64,000 nucleotides of DNA from an uncultured virus (IMG/VR IMGVR_UViG_3300030098_002069) (IMGVR_UViG_3300030098_002069:1-64000), one strand, 5' to 3'. Shown: positions 1 to 11,379, counted from the first letter of the stretch. The notes: generated by a model from the sequence alone, not told the origin. Made by a program: numbers and translations.

Positions 1-355
1 GCGTAATACACTCACTACCTACGACATAAGTATTAACAGATGCCCAGGTACTAGAAGTACCTCCAGATACATCTGAACGATACACATCTAATGCATTGCC
101 TACAAGCCACCATTGAGTGCTAGTATCATTATTGCTACCATCTTTTTCGGTTCTGTAAGATGTAAACTCAGTATTAGATGTCACACCTCCAGATATAGCT
201 CCTGATGCTTGAGCAACAGTACCTACCTTACTAACACTTCCACGCTTTGTATTAACAACATTTTCAAAGGATTGGAACTGATTGTCTGCAAGATCCAATT
301 CTGACTGATAGGTGACTAAACCACCTGAAAAGTCTCTTATGCTTTTTCTCGCCAT
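1..355 (-). CDS. 5' part of tail nozzle/stabilisation protein (P22 gp10 / tubular protein B-like), runs off the window
   Basis: ATG at 355 overlaps the adaptor stop (TAATG); translates MARKSIRDFSGGLVTYQSELDLADNQFQSFENV, the F-x-GGL start typical of podovirus nozzle proteins; follows the adaptor. Confidence 0.65.
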   Translation of the reverse strand, partial: MARKSIRDFSGGLVTYQSELDLADNQFQSFENVVNTKRGSVSKVGTVAQASGAISGGVTSNTEFTSYRTEKDGSNNDTSTQWWLVGNALDVYRSDVSGGTSSTWASVNTYVVGSECIT

Positions 356-1263
356 TAAAAGTCGTTGTAAGGAACAGTTAGAATCGGACTACCATCTCTG
401 GATTGTCTTTCTAATATAACTCTTTGTTTTTGCTCTAACCATTCGTTTTTAAAATATGAAATTAAATTCAGGTCTCTCAACCTCTCTGATACTCTCCAAC
501 ATGGATAGTATATTAAAATTCTTTGATAGCGTTCATCTATCTCTGGTTTACCAAATGTGAAAGATTGATTACTTGCAGTACCTGTCGCATTACCACTTAA
601 AACAAATGTTGTAGTATTTGTAATAGAAGAAACTTGTGCATCAAAAGGTATATTACTACCTTGAACAATCATTCCTTCTCTAACATCTGTCGTTAGGTCC
701 ATTGTAACATTTGCAGAACCTGATGAAATATCACAAGTAGCATCCACAAACATTTTATGTGGCAATCTATAATAATAAACTTTTATTTCTTTTACTTCAG
801 TAGGGGTAGGGAAGATTCCTAACTTATCATCGTGGATGTAGTAAGCGTAACTGGTTGTAATATTACTTAATGAAGCATCACCTGATATATCACTGATCTC
901 ATTAATACCAATTCTTTGGCACATATCCCCATCATAGTCTACTCTGAATATCCTGGTCATAAACTCTAATGAAGTAGAAGCAGTGTTACCACCAGATAAA
1001 TTGACTTGATATGCTGTCCAATCTGTTACTTCATCGGAATTACTATTCTTCATAGGATATTCTCTAGTATCTGCAACAGAATTACGAGTTGCGTAACCTT
1101 GTAAAAGATTCGCCTCATCACAAAGTTGATATTGAGCCTCAGTAATTAAATCGTGTATCACAGCATCGGAAACAACAGAAGTAGAATCTACCCCTGTTAT
1201 ATTTCTCACTTCTGTAGTGATCTCAGATAATGTCATATATCTTTTGTTTTGTATAACACTCAT
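355..1263 (-). CDS. head-tail adaptor (tail tubular protein A-like) with inserted beta-rich domain
   Basis: Directly after MCP; helical N-terminus, YYIHDDKLGIFPTP...KVYYY and PEIDERYQRILIYY segments typical of adaptors. Confidence 0.7.
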   Translation of the reverse strand: MSVIQNKRYMTLSEITTEVRNITGVDSTSVVSDAVIHDLITEAQYQLCDEANLLQGYATRNSVADTREYPMKNSNSDEVTDWTAYQVNLSGGNTASTSLEFMTRIFRVDYDGDMCQRIGINEISDISGDASLSNITTSYAYYIHDDKLGIFPTPTEVKEIKVYYYRLPHKMFVDATCDISSGSANVTMDLTTDVREGMIVQGSNIPFDAQVSSITNTTTFVLSGNATGTASNQSFTFGKPEIDERYQRILIYYPCWRVSERLRDLNLISYFKNEWLEQKQRVILERQSRDGSPILTVPYNDF

Positions 1264-1289
1264 TCTTTATTCCTTAGTCATTCAATAAA

Positions 1290-1314
1290 AGAGGGGGAGA
1301 TTTACTCCCCCTCT
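1290..1314 (-). terminator. intrinsic terminator after capsid gene A
   Basis: AGAGGGGGAG-attta-CTCCCCCTCT stem followed by TTTATT on the - strand. Confidence 0.8.
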
Positions 1315-1324
1315 AGGTTATTGA

Positions 1325-2323
1325 TTAGCTTAGATCAGTCCTTGCTGAAACATACTGAATCACTCCGTAGTCTTTACTGTTGTAGTCACTAATGCCTACA
1401 CCATAGATCTTTGCTGCGGAAATACCAAGTTGGTTTCCATAGTCAAAGCTCTTTTCGACCCACATCATATCAGATGCTTCTGCAAAACAAGCTGCCTGTG
1501 CGCCCATGAAAAGGTTTCTAGCACCTTTTACTGCGGCTCCACCGCCATCATCGAAAGTGTTTACACCTTCGTGAGCGTGTACAACAACACCATCCCAGAT
1601 TCCTAAAGAACCTGTGAATATTGGGTTACTGTCACCACGATTCTGAGCTTCACGCTGTGCTGTCTGCCAACCTGCTAATGTAAACAGATCGTAAGCCACT
1701 TCTGGGTGTAAGACCAAGACATAGTATTCTTGACCGTCCACACGAATTGGTCTCATTCTGTAGTTAGCTGAACCACCTATCTGAGCAAGTGTTTTCATTG
1801 CACTTATGTCCTCTAAGGTGATGCTATCCGTTGCAGCTAAATCTGCTTTTGGATCGCTTGAAGCATATACAGAAGCTGAAGCATCTGCACGCCAGTAAGC
1901 GTGAGTACCACTCGTTGCTGTAAGAGCAGAAAAAATATCTGCATCTATCAACTCTGCGTATTGCTGTTTAAGAAGATCTAGGGCAGTGCTTCTGAAATTA
2001 TAAAGCACTTTTGAGTTTGCGAATTTACCTGTGTCTCTCACAGCCAATCTCTTTTGATTGGTACTAACTGTGTTAGAGTAGGTAGATAGCGATTGCTCGT
2101 TACCCTCTAATGATGAATCACCAGTGATTGCACTTCCTGCAAGCTGAGTTACAAGACCAAAAGTAACATCTTTACCTTTGCCATCTTCTGTTTGCTTTAC
2201 ATGAATTGCGTTTCCTGGACCTTCACCCATGAATTTACTAAAGTAAACCCCTTTACCAACTTCACTCTGGAGTTCTTTCGCCCATCGTGAAACTTGTAGG
2301 CCTGATGCCCAATTTGCTGCCAT
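1325..2323 (-). CDS. major capsid protein, N4-gp56/DUF4043-like (element A)
   Basis: 332 aa; WAKEL..FSKFMGEG, GKDVTFGL, LEGNEQ, YVLVLHPE, NPIFTGSLGIWDGVVVH, DYGN and DYGVI motifs; position after portal and scaffold. Confidence 0.85.
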   Translation of the reverse strand: MAANWASGLQVSRWAKELQSEVGKGVYFSKFMGEGPGNAIHVKQTEDGKGKDVTFGLVTQLAGSAITGDSSLEGNEQSLSTYSNTVSTNQKRLAVRDTGKFANSKVLYNFRSTALDLLKQQYAELIDADIFSALTATSGTHAYWRADASASVYASSDPKADLAATDSITLEDISAMKTLAQIGGSANYRMRPIRVDGQEYYVLVLHPEVAYDLFTLAGWQTAQREAQNRGDSNPIFTGSLGIWDGVVVHAHEGVNTFDDGGGAAVKGARNLFMGAQAACFAEASDMMWVEKSFDYGNQLGISAAKIYGVGISDYNSKDYGVIQYVSARTDLS

Positions 2324-2335
2324 TATAGACTCCTA

Positions 2336-2779
2336 TTAGTTAAGATTAGTTTTGAAGAATTTACACCAGACCACAACTTTTGCTGCGTCCATAGCGTTAA
2401 TTGCTTTTAAGTCAATAGTATCTTCTGCTGAGTAGTATCTTCCACCACTGTAACCAGTAGTTCCATTTATACTACTATAAGATGCTCCTGCAACATTACC
2501 GTTAGAGCCATCTAAATATCCATCGGCATCGTCACCGTCACCAACATCTATTGTTAGTGTACCACCTTCTGCTGTAAGAATTACTGCTCCAACTGCGACA
2601 ACAATAGAACCTGCAGGTACTGTGATAGCTTGCCAAATATCGTCTGCTGCTAAATTTTGTACAGCAGTGTCGATCATTGCAGCCATCATACCACCAGGCA
2701 TTGCATCAGTATGTGGAGATGTATTCCCGTAACCAGAAGATGAATCAAAAGGGCCTTCTTTATGTGAAACTGTAGCCAT
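2336..2779 (-). CDS. probable capsid decoration/cement protein
   Basis: 147 aa, beta-rich (VPAGSIVV, TLTIDVGDGDDADGYLDG, YYSAEDTIDL); in head module. Confidence 0.5.
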   Translation of the reverse strand: MATVSHKEGPFDSSSGYGNTSPHTDAMPGGMMAAMIDTAVQNLAADDIWQAITVPAGSIVVAVGAVILTAEGGTLTIDVGDGDDADGYLDGSNGNVAGASYSSINGTTGYSGGRYYSAEDTIDLKAINAMDAAKVVVWCKFFKTNLN

Positions 2780-2792
2780 TTTTTTCTCCTAA

Positions 2793-3611
2793 TTAAAATC
2801 CAGAAGAAACCTCCATCAAGGCTTTTTTGCGAACATCATCAGATAAATTGCTCCATTGCTCAGGTGTTAGATTATCATAATCCGTGTCCGACTCGTTTCC
2901 TGTGCTAACATTAGACAGTGTGGTCGGTATCTTTGTTGCTTCCGTTGCTTTTTTGGCTTTATCTACCTGTGAGTTTGCCTCATCCTTAACGGGTTGGTTC
3001 TGGATGTTCCAAACATTATAGGCATCCTCTATAAAGGTGATGCCTCTTTCATCGCCAAAAGCAGCAATCTTTTCTAAACTTGCTTTGTCTAACTCTGGGT
3101 GCTTTTCAATGAAATCATTCATCATCGCATCCATAGCACTATTATACTCTGTCTCAGCTTTCTTCGCTTCTTCAGCTTGGAACCTCTGGTCTATCATATC
3201 TTGTGCTTTTTTAGCAGCCATATATTCAATGTACTCTTTCTGTTTCGCAGGATCGTATTCATCAAACTCAGGGGCAGCTTCTGGTTCCTGTTGAGGTTCC
3301 ATCGATGTCTTTAGTTCTTCTACCATCTTGCGAAGATCACCTAGTTCATTGGTCTGTCTACCATTTAGACTTTGCAGGTTAGAATAAGACTTATCCCTTT
3401 CTTCAGCGAATTTCAAAAGCTCTTCAACGGAATCAAATTCGTTGTCACCAACTTTTAGCTTTTTCTCTTCTTCTGTTTCTGGGGTCTCGGTTGATTCTGC
3501 TTCAACCTCAGTCTCGTTATTAGTCGGGGATTCTTCTACTTCAGAGTCGCTATACTCTTCACCAGACATTTCCTTTTCCTCATCAATAAATTGAAACTTA
3601 GATTCACTCAT
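2793..3611 (-). CDS. capsid scaffolding protein (element A)
   Basis: Very acidic coiled-coil protein between portal and capsid; GRQTNELGDLRK motif. Confidence 0.75.
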   Translation of the reverse strand: MSESKFQFIDEEKEMSGEEYSDSEVEESPTNNETEVEAESTETPETEEEKKLKVGDNEFDSVEELLKFAEERDKSYSNLQSLNGRQTNELGDLRKMVEELKTSMEPQQEPEAAPEFDEYDPAKQKEYIEYMAAKKAQDMIDQRFQAEEAKKAETEYNSAMDAMMNDFIEKHPELDKASLEKIAAFGDERGITFIEDAYNVWNIQNQPVKDEANSQVDKAKKATEATKIPTTLSNVSTGNESDTDYDNLTPEQWSNLSDDVRKKALMEVSSGF

Positions 3612-5473
3612 TATTGCATTACTCCTTCTCCACCTTGTGGTGGGGGTTTTTGTTGTTGTTGCTGTGACTGGACTTGAGCTTGGCGTTCCTGCTCAAATTT
3701 CTCCAGTATCTCATCGGATGCTTCCATGTCGGATAGTTCTACAAAAAGTGGGAATAAACTAGCGTACCCATTTCGTACTAATTCCCCAACTTGGTTAGCC
3801 ATTAACGCTCTCATCGTAGGAGTATTTTGACCTTGATCTAAGACCACATCAAACTCCATCGTTGAGAAGTTGTCCAAAAATTTGCTGATTATCTGATTGA
3901 CCTGCATTTGTTCTTCAGGTTCAACCGCTTCAAATTCAGCTCCAATAATTCTTTGTATCTTATCTACAGAATAATACTGTTGCATATTAGACACTGCCAT
4001 TTCTAGCGTATTCTTCTTACAAGTGTCTAAGTTCTCCATCTGCTCCATTAAGGTATTCATTCCCTGACGAATCCTAGTCTGCACTGCTAGACCTGACTCA
4101 CTCGAAGAGGTTGCAACACCCATCATTGGGTCTGTAGCACCACTAATTTCCTTTGCATCAAAGTCACTTCTCTGTTCAAAAGAAGCAATCGTTGGTACAA
4201 GTGCTGTGTGCTGATTCGACCACTGAGTCATAAAATCAGAGATTCTGCCCTTAAATCCAGGGATTCCGATCCATTCTCCATTACCAGAAGCTCTGTTCAT
4301 CTCTTCTGCAGTAACCTTATTTCCTGTAAAGATACCACCACCCTTTGGAGAGCGATTAATAATATCTAAGGCTTGTGACCTACGCTTATTCTTCTCTCTT
4401 TGAGGGTCTTTTAAATTTTCTACCAAGCCAAATGTTTCCACCGTATTCCCATAATCCTCAAAAGTATAGAAAAATGGAATTAATGGGAATTGATTGTGTT
4501 TGTAAGGATTTGGTGTTTTTTCCTGCAATACCCTAGCTCCTGCAAAAACAGTAACATAGGTCTTAGGAACGCTTTTCGCTACTACACTTAATTCTACTGG
4601 AGCTACCTCCATCTCAGGTCTTTCCATAATTTCTTTAATGGCAAGGTTTGCTTTCCGCTTGGTCTTAAAGCCTTCCTGAGAGAATCTTCCCGTTTGTGGA
4701 TTCACTAAATAAAATTCTTTTTCGTATTCTCTTTCCCAGAGTTCAATAATTCTGATCTTCTTACGATGAGCATCCATATTATAGGCTTCCATGCTCTTAA
4801 AACCGTAGTTAGGGTCTACATTCTTATACTTGTCACCTAATTGCATCCCTAATAATGATTCTTCACCCATAAAGGTTTCTTGTATATCTTCTGCGTTCTT
4901 TACATCTCTTAGTGCATCTGGGAACATTTCTTTTGCCTGAGAGATAGATAAGAGTTTGGTTCTCGCTAATCTTCCCCACTGAGAACAATCAGGAGAGGTT
5001 GCTTCTGGGTCCATTAAAACATTCGCCCACGATTCTCTTCTAATATGGATCTTACTATCAAAGTATTCACCTGGTTCTACGGATATATCTACCCAACCAC
5101 GACCTGTAATTACACCGTCCTTAAAGACACGACTAAACACATTTTGTAAGGATTGGCTTTTATCAACATGATACAATAAAGAAGTAATTAACTTTGCTTC
5201 ATTGTCATCATTCATTTCTACGGGTCTGGCACGGTACGATGTTCTGCCTTGTCTTTCAATACCAGTTACCAAATTAACTTTGGGGAGGATAATATTAAGC
5301 TGAAGGGGAGGACGACCTTCTGCTCTTAACTTTGATATATCAGAACTATCCCATTGTCCAGTTCCGTACCCACCCGTATAAAAATACATGGATTCTCTTG
5401 CAGCCTGCATAAACTCTTTGTTACCGCCCTGCATGGCTTGAAATACTTCGTGTAAATATGCTAGATCGCTCAT
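3611..5473 (-). CDS. portal protein, P22-like (element A)
   Basis: About 620 aa; GQW..LRAEGRPPLQLNII, LKDPQREKNKRRSQ, SGLAVQTR motifs; follows terminase; start probably MSDL at 5473. Confidence 0.9.
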   Translation of the reverse strand: MSDLAYLHEVFQAMQGGNKEFMQAARESMYFYTGGYGTGQWDSSDISKLRAEGRPPLQLNIILPKVNLVTGIERQGRTSYRARPVEMNDDNEAKLITSLLYHVDKSQSLQNVFSRVFKDGVITGRGWVDISVEPGEYFDSKIHIRRESWANVLMDPEATSPDCSQWGRLARTKLLSISQAKEMFPDALRDVKNAEDIQETFMGEESLLGMQLGDKYKNVDPNYGFKSMEAYNMDAHRKKIRIIELWEREYEKEFYLVNPQTGRFSQEGFKTKRKANLAIKEIMERPEMEVAPVELSVVAKSVPKTYVTVFAGARVLQEKTPNPYKHNQFPLIPFFYTFEDYGNTVETFGLVENLKDPQREKNKRRSQALDIINRSPKGGGIFTGNKVTAEEMNRASGNGEWIGIPGFKGRISDFMTQWSNQHTALVPTIASFEQRSDFDAKEISGATDPMMGVATSSSESGLAVQTRIRQGMNTLMEQMENLDTCKKNTLEMAVSNMQQYYSVDKIQRIIGAEFEAVEPEEQMQVNQIISKFLDNFSTMEFDVVLDQGQNTPTMRALMANQVGELVRNGYASLFPLFVELSDMEASDEILEKFEQERQAQVQSQQQQQKPPPQGGEGVMQ

Positions 5474-6876
5474 ATACCCATCCAACTGGTTTTACGCCTA
5501 AATAAACTTGGTGTTCTATACTTATCTCTGCGTTTTGGTTTACTTGAACCTTCTACCGCATGAACTAAATACCGAACACAGTCCATAGCGTGGTCATTCT
5601 TTTTCACAGGCTCCTCTGGTGCGCTTTTTTCGCTATGCCCATGCTTTAATTCTTTCCATTTATAATCCATGATCTCATCCAATAAAAATCCCATATTTCT
5701 AACATCAAAGAATTTCAACTGACAATGACCATTCTTATCTGTCGTTAAGTAGCGTGCTACCCGATCAAAACCTGCACGCTTATCATTATTTGCTCTCTCC
5801 CACTCAATACCATACTCTTCCCACTCATCCGCAATCGAATATCCGTCACGCTCGGTCCTGTTAATGGACGGGTCGGCAATGAAAGTGTAGTCCATTCCTG
5901 TCTCCAACCTATCTTCTACCATTGGTACGATCTCATCTATCCTCATTTCATCACCATAAATAATGTCATACACAAAGATATTCTTCTCATCGTCCACTGC
6001 AGCAAATAGTATGCTAGTCGGATTTTTATACCCATAGTCATACACCACATATCGATTCCACCATTTTGGCATATCAAATGCCTTTATTAAGTGGATCTTT
6101 TCGTCAAACATTGGGTAAACCAATCCTGCAAAATCATCCCAACTGCAATACACATAGCGATTAACCCACATTGGAGGCATGGAGAGTAGATGTTTGATGT
6201 AGTCTGCAGGGAGGTGTGGGTTATCGCTATAAACTTTCACTTCAGCATCGGTCTCAGGAGGAGGCACATCTGGTGTCCAAGTACGAGTCTCGATCAACCT
6301 GTAGTCCCCTTTTGTCTTATTCTGCTTGTCCTTATGCTGTTTAAACTTCTTCCAGACCCAATCATGTCCTGCAGGGTTACAAGTATGAAAACTGCAACGC
6401 ATCACACCTTTCTTCCTTAATTGACCTGCCGCAGCAATAAAAGTCTGCTCCGAAACTTCTTCTAACTGGTCAAAGGCAAACCAACCTAGATTCATTGATT
6501 TAATTCTCTGTATCGAGTCCCTAGAGTCATCTAAGGCCATATACACTATCCTAGAACCATTCTTAAAGATAATTTCTCTATCTTGAGACCTGTGCTTGGA
6601 AACAAAACCACCTGCTAAGTCCAGGAGTTGAATCAATGTCGATTTTTTGAACGCATCGAGTACCTTACGCCCCATTAGTCCTAAGTTATTCTCATACGCT
6701 GCACTTTGTTGGATCGCCTCCATGCACATGGCCTCGGTCTTTCCTGTTCCTAAACTGCCTGCAAGCAAGTGATGCTTGCTCCAGCCTGTATATAAATGAT
6801 ATTCTTGCTGATGTGGAAGGGGATCGGTAGGCGTTCCATCTGGATACTTATAGGTTACTAAAATATCGTCATTCAT
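5470..6876 (-). CDS. terL: terminase large subunit (element A)
   Basis: Walker A GSLGTGKT, Walker B FAFDQLEE, TCNP coupling motif, YDYGYKNPT and DHAMDCVRY nuclease motifs. Confidence 0.93.
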   Translation of the reverse strand: MNDDILVTYKYPDGTPTDPLPHQQEYHLYTGWSKHHLLAGSLGTGKTEAMCMEAIQQSAAYENNLGLMGRKVLDAFKKSTLIQLLDLAGGFVSKHRSQDREIIFKNGSRIVYMALDDSRDSIQRIKSMNLGWFAFDQLEEVSEQTFIAAAGQLRKKGVMRCSFHTCNPAGHDWVWKKFKQHKDKQNKTKGDYRLIETRTWTPDVPPPETDAEVKVYSDNPHLPADYIKHLLSMPPMWVNRYVYCSWDDFAGLVYPMFDEKIHLIKAFDMPKWWNRYVVYDYGYKNPTSILFAAVDDEKNIFVYDIIYGDEMRIDEIVPMVEDRLETGMDYTFIADPSINRTERDGYSIADEWEEYGIEWERANNDKRAGFDRVARYLTTDKNGHCQLKFFDVRNMGFLLDEIMDYKWKELKHGHSEKSAPEEPVKKNDHAMDCVRYLVHAVEGSSKPKRRDKYRTPSLFRRKTSWMGI

Positions 6877-7082
6877 GCTATGTTCTTATATAACTCTTTC
6901 CAGTTTATCGGTAAACTACCGTCCGTTTCTAAATTAAAAATCTTGATCGCTACATCCGTAATCTCTTTCGATTCTACTTTATCCAATCCGTATAAGTCTC
7001 GTAATATGTCCAGTAAGAAGTCTCTGGGAGACAAATATTGTATGTCTCCTTTATCATCTACAGCGTATGGATAATACTTCAT
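6873..7082 (-). CDS. hypothetical protein
   Basis: 69-aa ORF translationally coupled between terS and terL. Confidence 0.55.
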   Translation of the reverse strand: MKYYPYAVDDKGDIQYLSPRDFLLDILRDLYGLDKVESKEITDVAIKIFNLETDGSLPINWKELYKNIA

Positions 7083-7768
7083 TTCATATCCTTGATCATT
7101 TTGGACCTGTCTTTGGGGGTGATACCTGCTACCATTACATTAACTTGCGTATTGGTATTGTGCATCCTATCCCTGTACTTATGTGGATCTAATGATTTTA
7201 ACTGAAAGATACGCTCTGCTGTATTCTTTGCTTCTGATGCCTGTTCATAAGAGAGCTTTTCCAGTCCATCTAAGCGTTCCTGGTTAAAAGACTTTCTTAA
7301 CACATCCACAGCTTGTGCAAACTGGGGGTCGTTCTTCATCGCATATTGGACACTACCATAATAAAACCCCATCTTATTGGCTGCGATCGAAGGAAATCCG
7401 TGACACTCTACCATTGTCTTTAAAAAGGCATCTTTCTTCTCATCGGTAAAGCGTACCTTTTTACCTGTGTCTATCTGTAAGGTGTTTAAGAAATTGGCGT
7501 AGTATTCGTTGTCATGCAGGTTTTTTACCGCCTTTTTGACAGCCGACTTCTCCATCTCCTTTGGTGATTTTTTACGGTGTGCGTCTTTCAAATCGGTTGG
7601 AATATATGTAATGAAATATGTTATATAAAAGTAGTAATCCTTGTTATTGTGGAATTTAAAGGGGGCGATGTTTTGCAAGAAAAAATGTATGGGGAGTAAC
7701 ATACATACCCCTCGCCCTCCGTCGTCGTTGGTATGGGGGGGTGGTCTACCCTCGTTAATATGTCGCAC
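7079..7768 (-). CDS. terS: terminase small subunit (element A); true start probably near 7591 or 7555
   Basis: HTH-like KKDAFLKTM..SIAANKMG..VQYAMKNDPQFA, IFQLKSLDPHKYRD; upstream of terL. Confidence 0.7.
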   Translation of the reverse strand: MRHINEGRPPPHTNDDGGRGVCMLLPIHFFLQNIAPFKFHNNKDYYFYITYFITYIPTDLKDAHRKKSPKEMEKSAVKKAVKNLHDNEYYANFLNTLQIDTGKKVRFTDEKKDAFLKTMVECHGFPSIAANKMGFYYGSVQYAMKNDPQFAQAVDVLRKSFNQERLDGLEKLSYEQASEAKNTAERIFQLKSLDPHKYRDRMHNTNTQVNVMVAGITPKDRSKMIKDMK

Positions 7769-7930
7769 CTTGTCGCAACACCTTATAATTAATTAAATCA
7801 ATTCTATTCCGTCCGTCCCCTTTAACTTCAATAATAGCTGCACTTATCCTGGAATATATTATCCAATACTTTATGATCCAATGCCTCGCCTCTATTACAT
7901 ACTATTACATATAGGATTACATTTATTTCA

Positions 7931-7966
7931 TTGTCTGCCTTACTTTTGTTAGTAAGTTTAGGCAGT
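7931..7966 (+). promoter_or_regulatory. early promoter of element A with overlapping inverted repeat
   Basis: TTGTCT-N16-TAAGTT upstream of GAGGAGG RBS and ATG 8006; imperfect inverted repeat CTGCCT...AGGCAG spans it. Confidence 0.4.
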
Positions 7967-8005
7967 CAAATAATCACAAATCATAAACGCTTGAGGAGGC
8001 AGAAT

Positions 8006-8248
8006 ATGAAAATCAAATGGAATAAACATAATTATTGGTTTATGTGTTATTCTCACTATGATGAGAAAACAGATAAAAGATATGTTATATCTAAAATAAA
8101 TAACACCTACAAAGTTGGAATTTCTAATGATTACAATGTAGTGTGGCAACCTAGTATTAACAATCCTAATAATAAATTCTTAGGATCTGCTAATACTTTA
8201 AAAAGAGCAAAGGAAATAGTTGAAACTCTTTTAAAGGGGGAAAAGTAG
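8006..8248 (+). CDS. hypothetical early protein
   Basis: Strong RBS GAGGAGG before ATG 8006; first gene of the + strand cluster. Confidence 0.7.
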   Translation: MKIKWNKHNYWFMCYSHYDEKTDKRYVISKINNTYKVGISNDYNVVWQPSINNPNNKFLGSANTLKRAKEIVETLLKGEK

Positions 8249-8249
8249 G

Positions 8250-11200
8250 ATGAAGGATATAATAATATACGATTTTAAAAACTCTTTCGATAGATACACT
8301 ATTTTTATTGAGGATGCAGTTTTTGGAATGTCAGAAAATCCATTATCACCAATGGGATTTAATCAATTTTGTGGTGATACATCAGAGATTAAAAAAGGTT
8401 CTCATTTGGGTGTAAAAATAGAATATAAAAACCTAAATGATGATGTAAAAAAAGCAATTCAAGATAGAATAAAAACCAACGGAGGCAATTAGAAATGCAG
8501 AATAAAAAACTATATGTAACAATGACAGACAGATTTATGTCAGGTTGGGGATTAGCAGATAATAAGATCAATAAATTAGTCTTTGAATGTGATAATTACC
8601 TAGAAGCTAGGAAGTTACAAGGCTATGCAGAAACAAGGGAAGAAATGAAACATATTTCAATATGTTGTAATTACCCAAAGCACTTTTTTAATAACTCTAA
8701 ATACTTTGCACAACTAAAAACAAAAGCAGATTACCCGATGTGGTATGGCTTGAAAGGATAAGAAAATGAAAGTAAAAAACATCACAGAAAAGCAACTAAG
8801 AAACGCTTTAAACGAAGTAAACAAGGAACAAGGTTCTAAGCTAATATTTAACAGAGAACCCGAAAAGATGGGTAATTTTATTTTCTTCACTATCAAAAGT
8901 GAAAAAAGCGGAATTGTTGGTTCTAGGGTTAGCCATTCGGGGAGAAAATTAACTTCTGCAAGTTGGCATTCTCACGGATTTCTATTTGATAAATTATTAG
9001 ATATTAATGAAGAGGCTATAATAAAAACTGCTACATCAACAATAGATAAAAACGGAGGTAATTGGACTGATTTTAATTGTGGATCTATGTTTGAACCCGT
9101 TTTGATGTCTAGCACTTCAATACTAAAAGGAGGAGCGTAAACAATGAAAAAAGCAGATAAAATAAATAAAATAGCTGAGTGGATAAAGTACGAATCCAAT
9201 TCATCAATAGAGGAAATAGAATCTTTATTATTTGCAATCTATGAACCAAGTAAATCAGGATTAACAAAAAACATAAATGATGATTTTGGAGATGTACTTA
9301 AACATTTGAAACCAAAGAAAATAAAACTTTCGGGTAAAATGGTAGAAATAGACATAAGCAAGGAGTCGTAAAAATGCACCTAGAAATCATTTTAATCTGT
9401 GGACTTATAGTAAGTCTGCAACAATTAAGGATCATTGATTTAAAAGAGGATTTAAACCAATGGAAAGCAACTTGTTTTTTAAACCAAAGAGAAAGGAAAC
9501 TAAAATGAAAACAATAAAACTACCTGAAAACAATTTAACATTAAGCAAATACAGAACTGAAAGACCAACAAATCAATTTTGTGTAATACCAAACACAAAA
9601 GAAAATAGGGAGTCAATAAAACATTTTAACAAATTAGCCAAAGAGCAGAACTCAAGATACAGATTGAAAACAAAATTTAGATGTCCAAAAGCAAATCATA
9701 ATAAGGATTATTTTGGGAATATAAATATGAATGAGGCTAGAGGCTTAGGGATTTATATTAAAAATGTTTTTGTAGAAAATCAGTATAGAACAGATTTTGA
9801 AAAAATATACAACCTGGAAAAAGAGAACAGAGAACTAAAAAGAAAACTAAATAACATAAAATCTTGCTTAGAGGAGGAATAGAAAAATGATTTATTACAA
9901 AGTAAAAGAGGATTTTGTAGTCGCTTGTTTAGTGGGTACTACTAAATCAAACCATTCTTATGGTAGTTCAAGAATTTATAAACCTTTATGGATGCCAATG
10001 TGCTTAGAAAATGGAGACACAATTTGTGTTAAAGAGGATGTAATACTAATGAAAAAACTAGAATATAAAGAACTAGGATTAAAAGAATGGATTGAAATTA
10101 AAATGGATCCACCTAAGTCAAAGGGATTTGAAAAAGCCTATATAACATCCAATGGTTTTCACAAGTTCCCTAAAGAATGTTTAGAACAAATAGCAGATAC
10201 TATGTTTTCAAAAGTTTGTAAATCACGAAAAGGAGAAGAATAAAATGAGCAAAATAAAAGAATACCATCTAAAACTAGATGAAGAAGAGACTAGAGAAGA
10301 GCGTAGAAAGGCTTTATTTGGTCGTATGTGTGGCAATCCATTAGTAAGTAAGGCCTACTATCACTTAAAGAGAAAAAAGAGGGATTAAATGCAAATAGGA
10401 GGCGATATATCAAAAAACAAATGCGATCAATGTAATTCCTTCCTGGTATGGCAAGAGTTTGTTGATCACAATCATCAGGACCAATCGCAGCTAGAAGAAG
10501 TTTGCGAGGAATGTCAATCTAGTTGTACCGATTGTGGCACATATAAAAATTCAGATGAAATATATGGTGGTATGTATCTATTTGATAAAGAGGCTACAGA
10601 TGGAGAAATAACACCAAAGTTATATGGTTCTGATGATTTTTTATGTATGCCTTGTATTAATAAAAAAGAAAAACAAAAAAAAGAGGTATAAAATGCAAGA
10701 ATTTGACAGACAAACCATAGTGGACTTATCAATTAAATGTGTTGATAAAATGGTTCAAGAAGAATTAATAAAGGATTGCACAGATACAGATGATACCAAA
10801 GAATTTGATGTGCAAGACATAATAACAGATGTGTTATGTAATTACTTTAAAATAAAGGAGAAATAAAATATGGGAACAAGACAAAGAGAAAGCAGAGGCA
10901 GATTTTGGATATTAAAAAACAATCAGCACTAGCAGACATTGAGGCTTTAGATATGATAAAGGATAGTATTTGCTCGGAGTGTGATAGCTACCTTGATTAT
11001 TCAGAAATTAAAGATAGTATGTGTGCTAAGTGTGGAGATGAATTAAATAGCTGCACAATAAACTATGATAAATTTGATGAAGAGAAGTTTGATGAAAAAT
11101 TTATTAATCTATTTAATGAGTTTTATTATGTCAAACCAAGTAATCCATTTTTTGATTATGAAGAGGGGGATGAATATGGAGATATGTTTGAAAATGCACT

Positions 11201-11315
11201 TACTAACATTAAGTCGTTAATAAATAGAAGTTATCAAATAAACAAGAAGGAGGTTGAAGAAAATCACAATAAACAAAAAGAAGTAGAAGAAATTGAGGAA
11301 TTGATTACTACTTAA
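8250..11315 (+). other. cluster of about 11 small early hypothetical genes of element A (8250-8492, 8495-8761, 8766-9140, 9144-9371, 9485-9882, 9887-10243, 10389-10691, 10693-10866, 10905-11315 and others)
   Basis: Tightly packed co-oriented short ORFs, most with AGGA/GGAG RBS; several have CxxC pairs. Confidence 0.75.
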
Positions 11316-11335
11316 TAATTTATTCGTCTCCTCAT

Positions 11336-11376
11336 AAGGCTACCTGGACTTCGCTATATGTTTAGGTAGCCTTTTT
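11336..11376. terminator. terminator between convergent blocks
   Basis: AAGGCTACCTGGAC...GTTTAGGTAGCCTT followed by a T-run; sits at the strand switch. Confidence 0.8.
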
Positions 11377-11379
11377 ATT

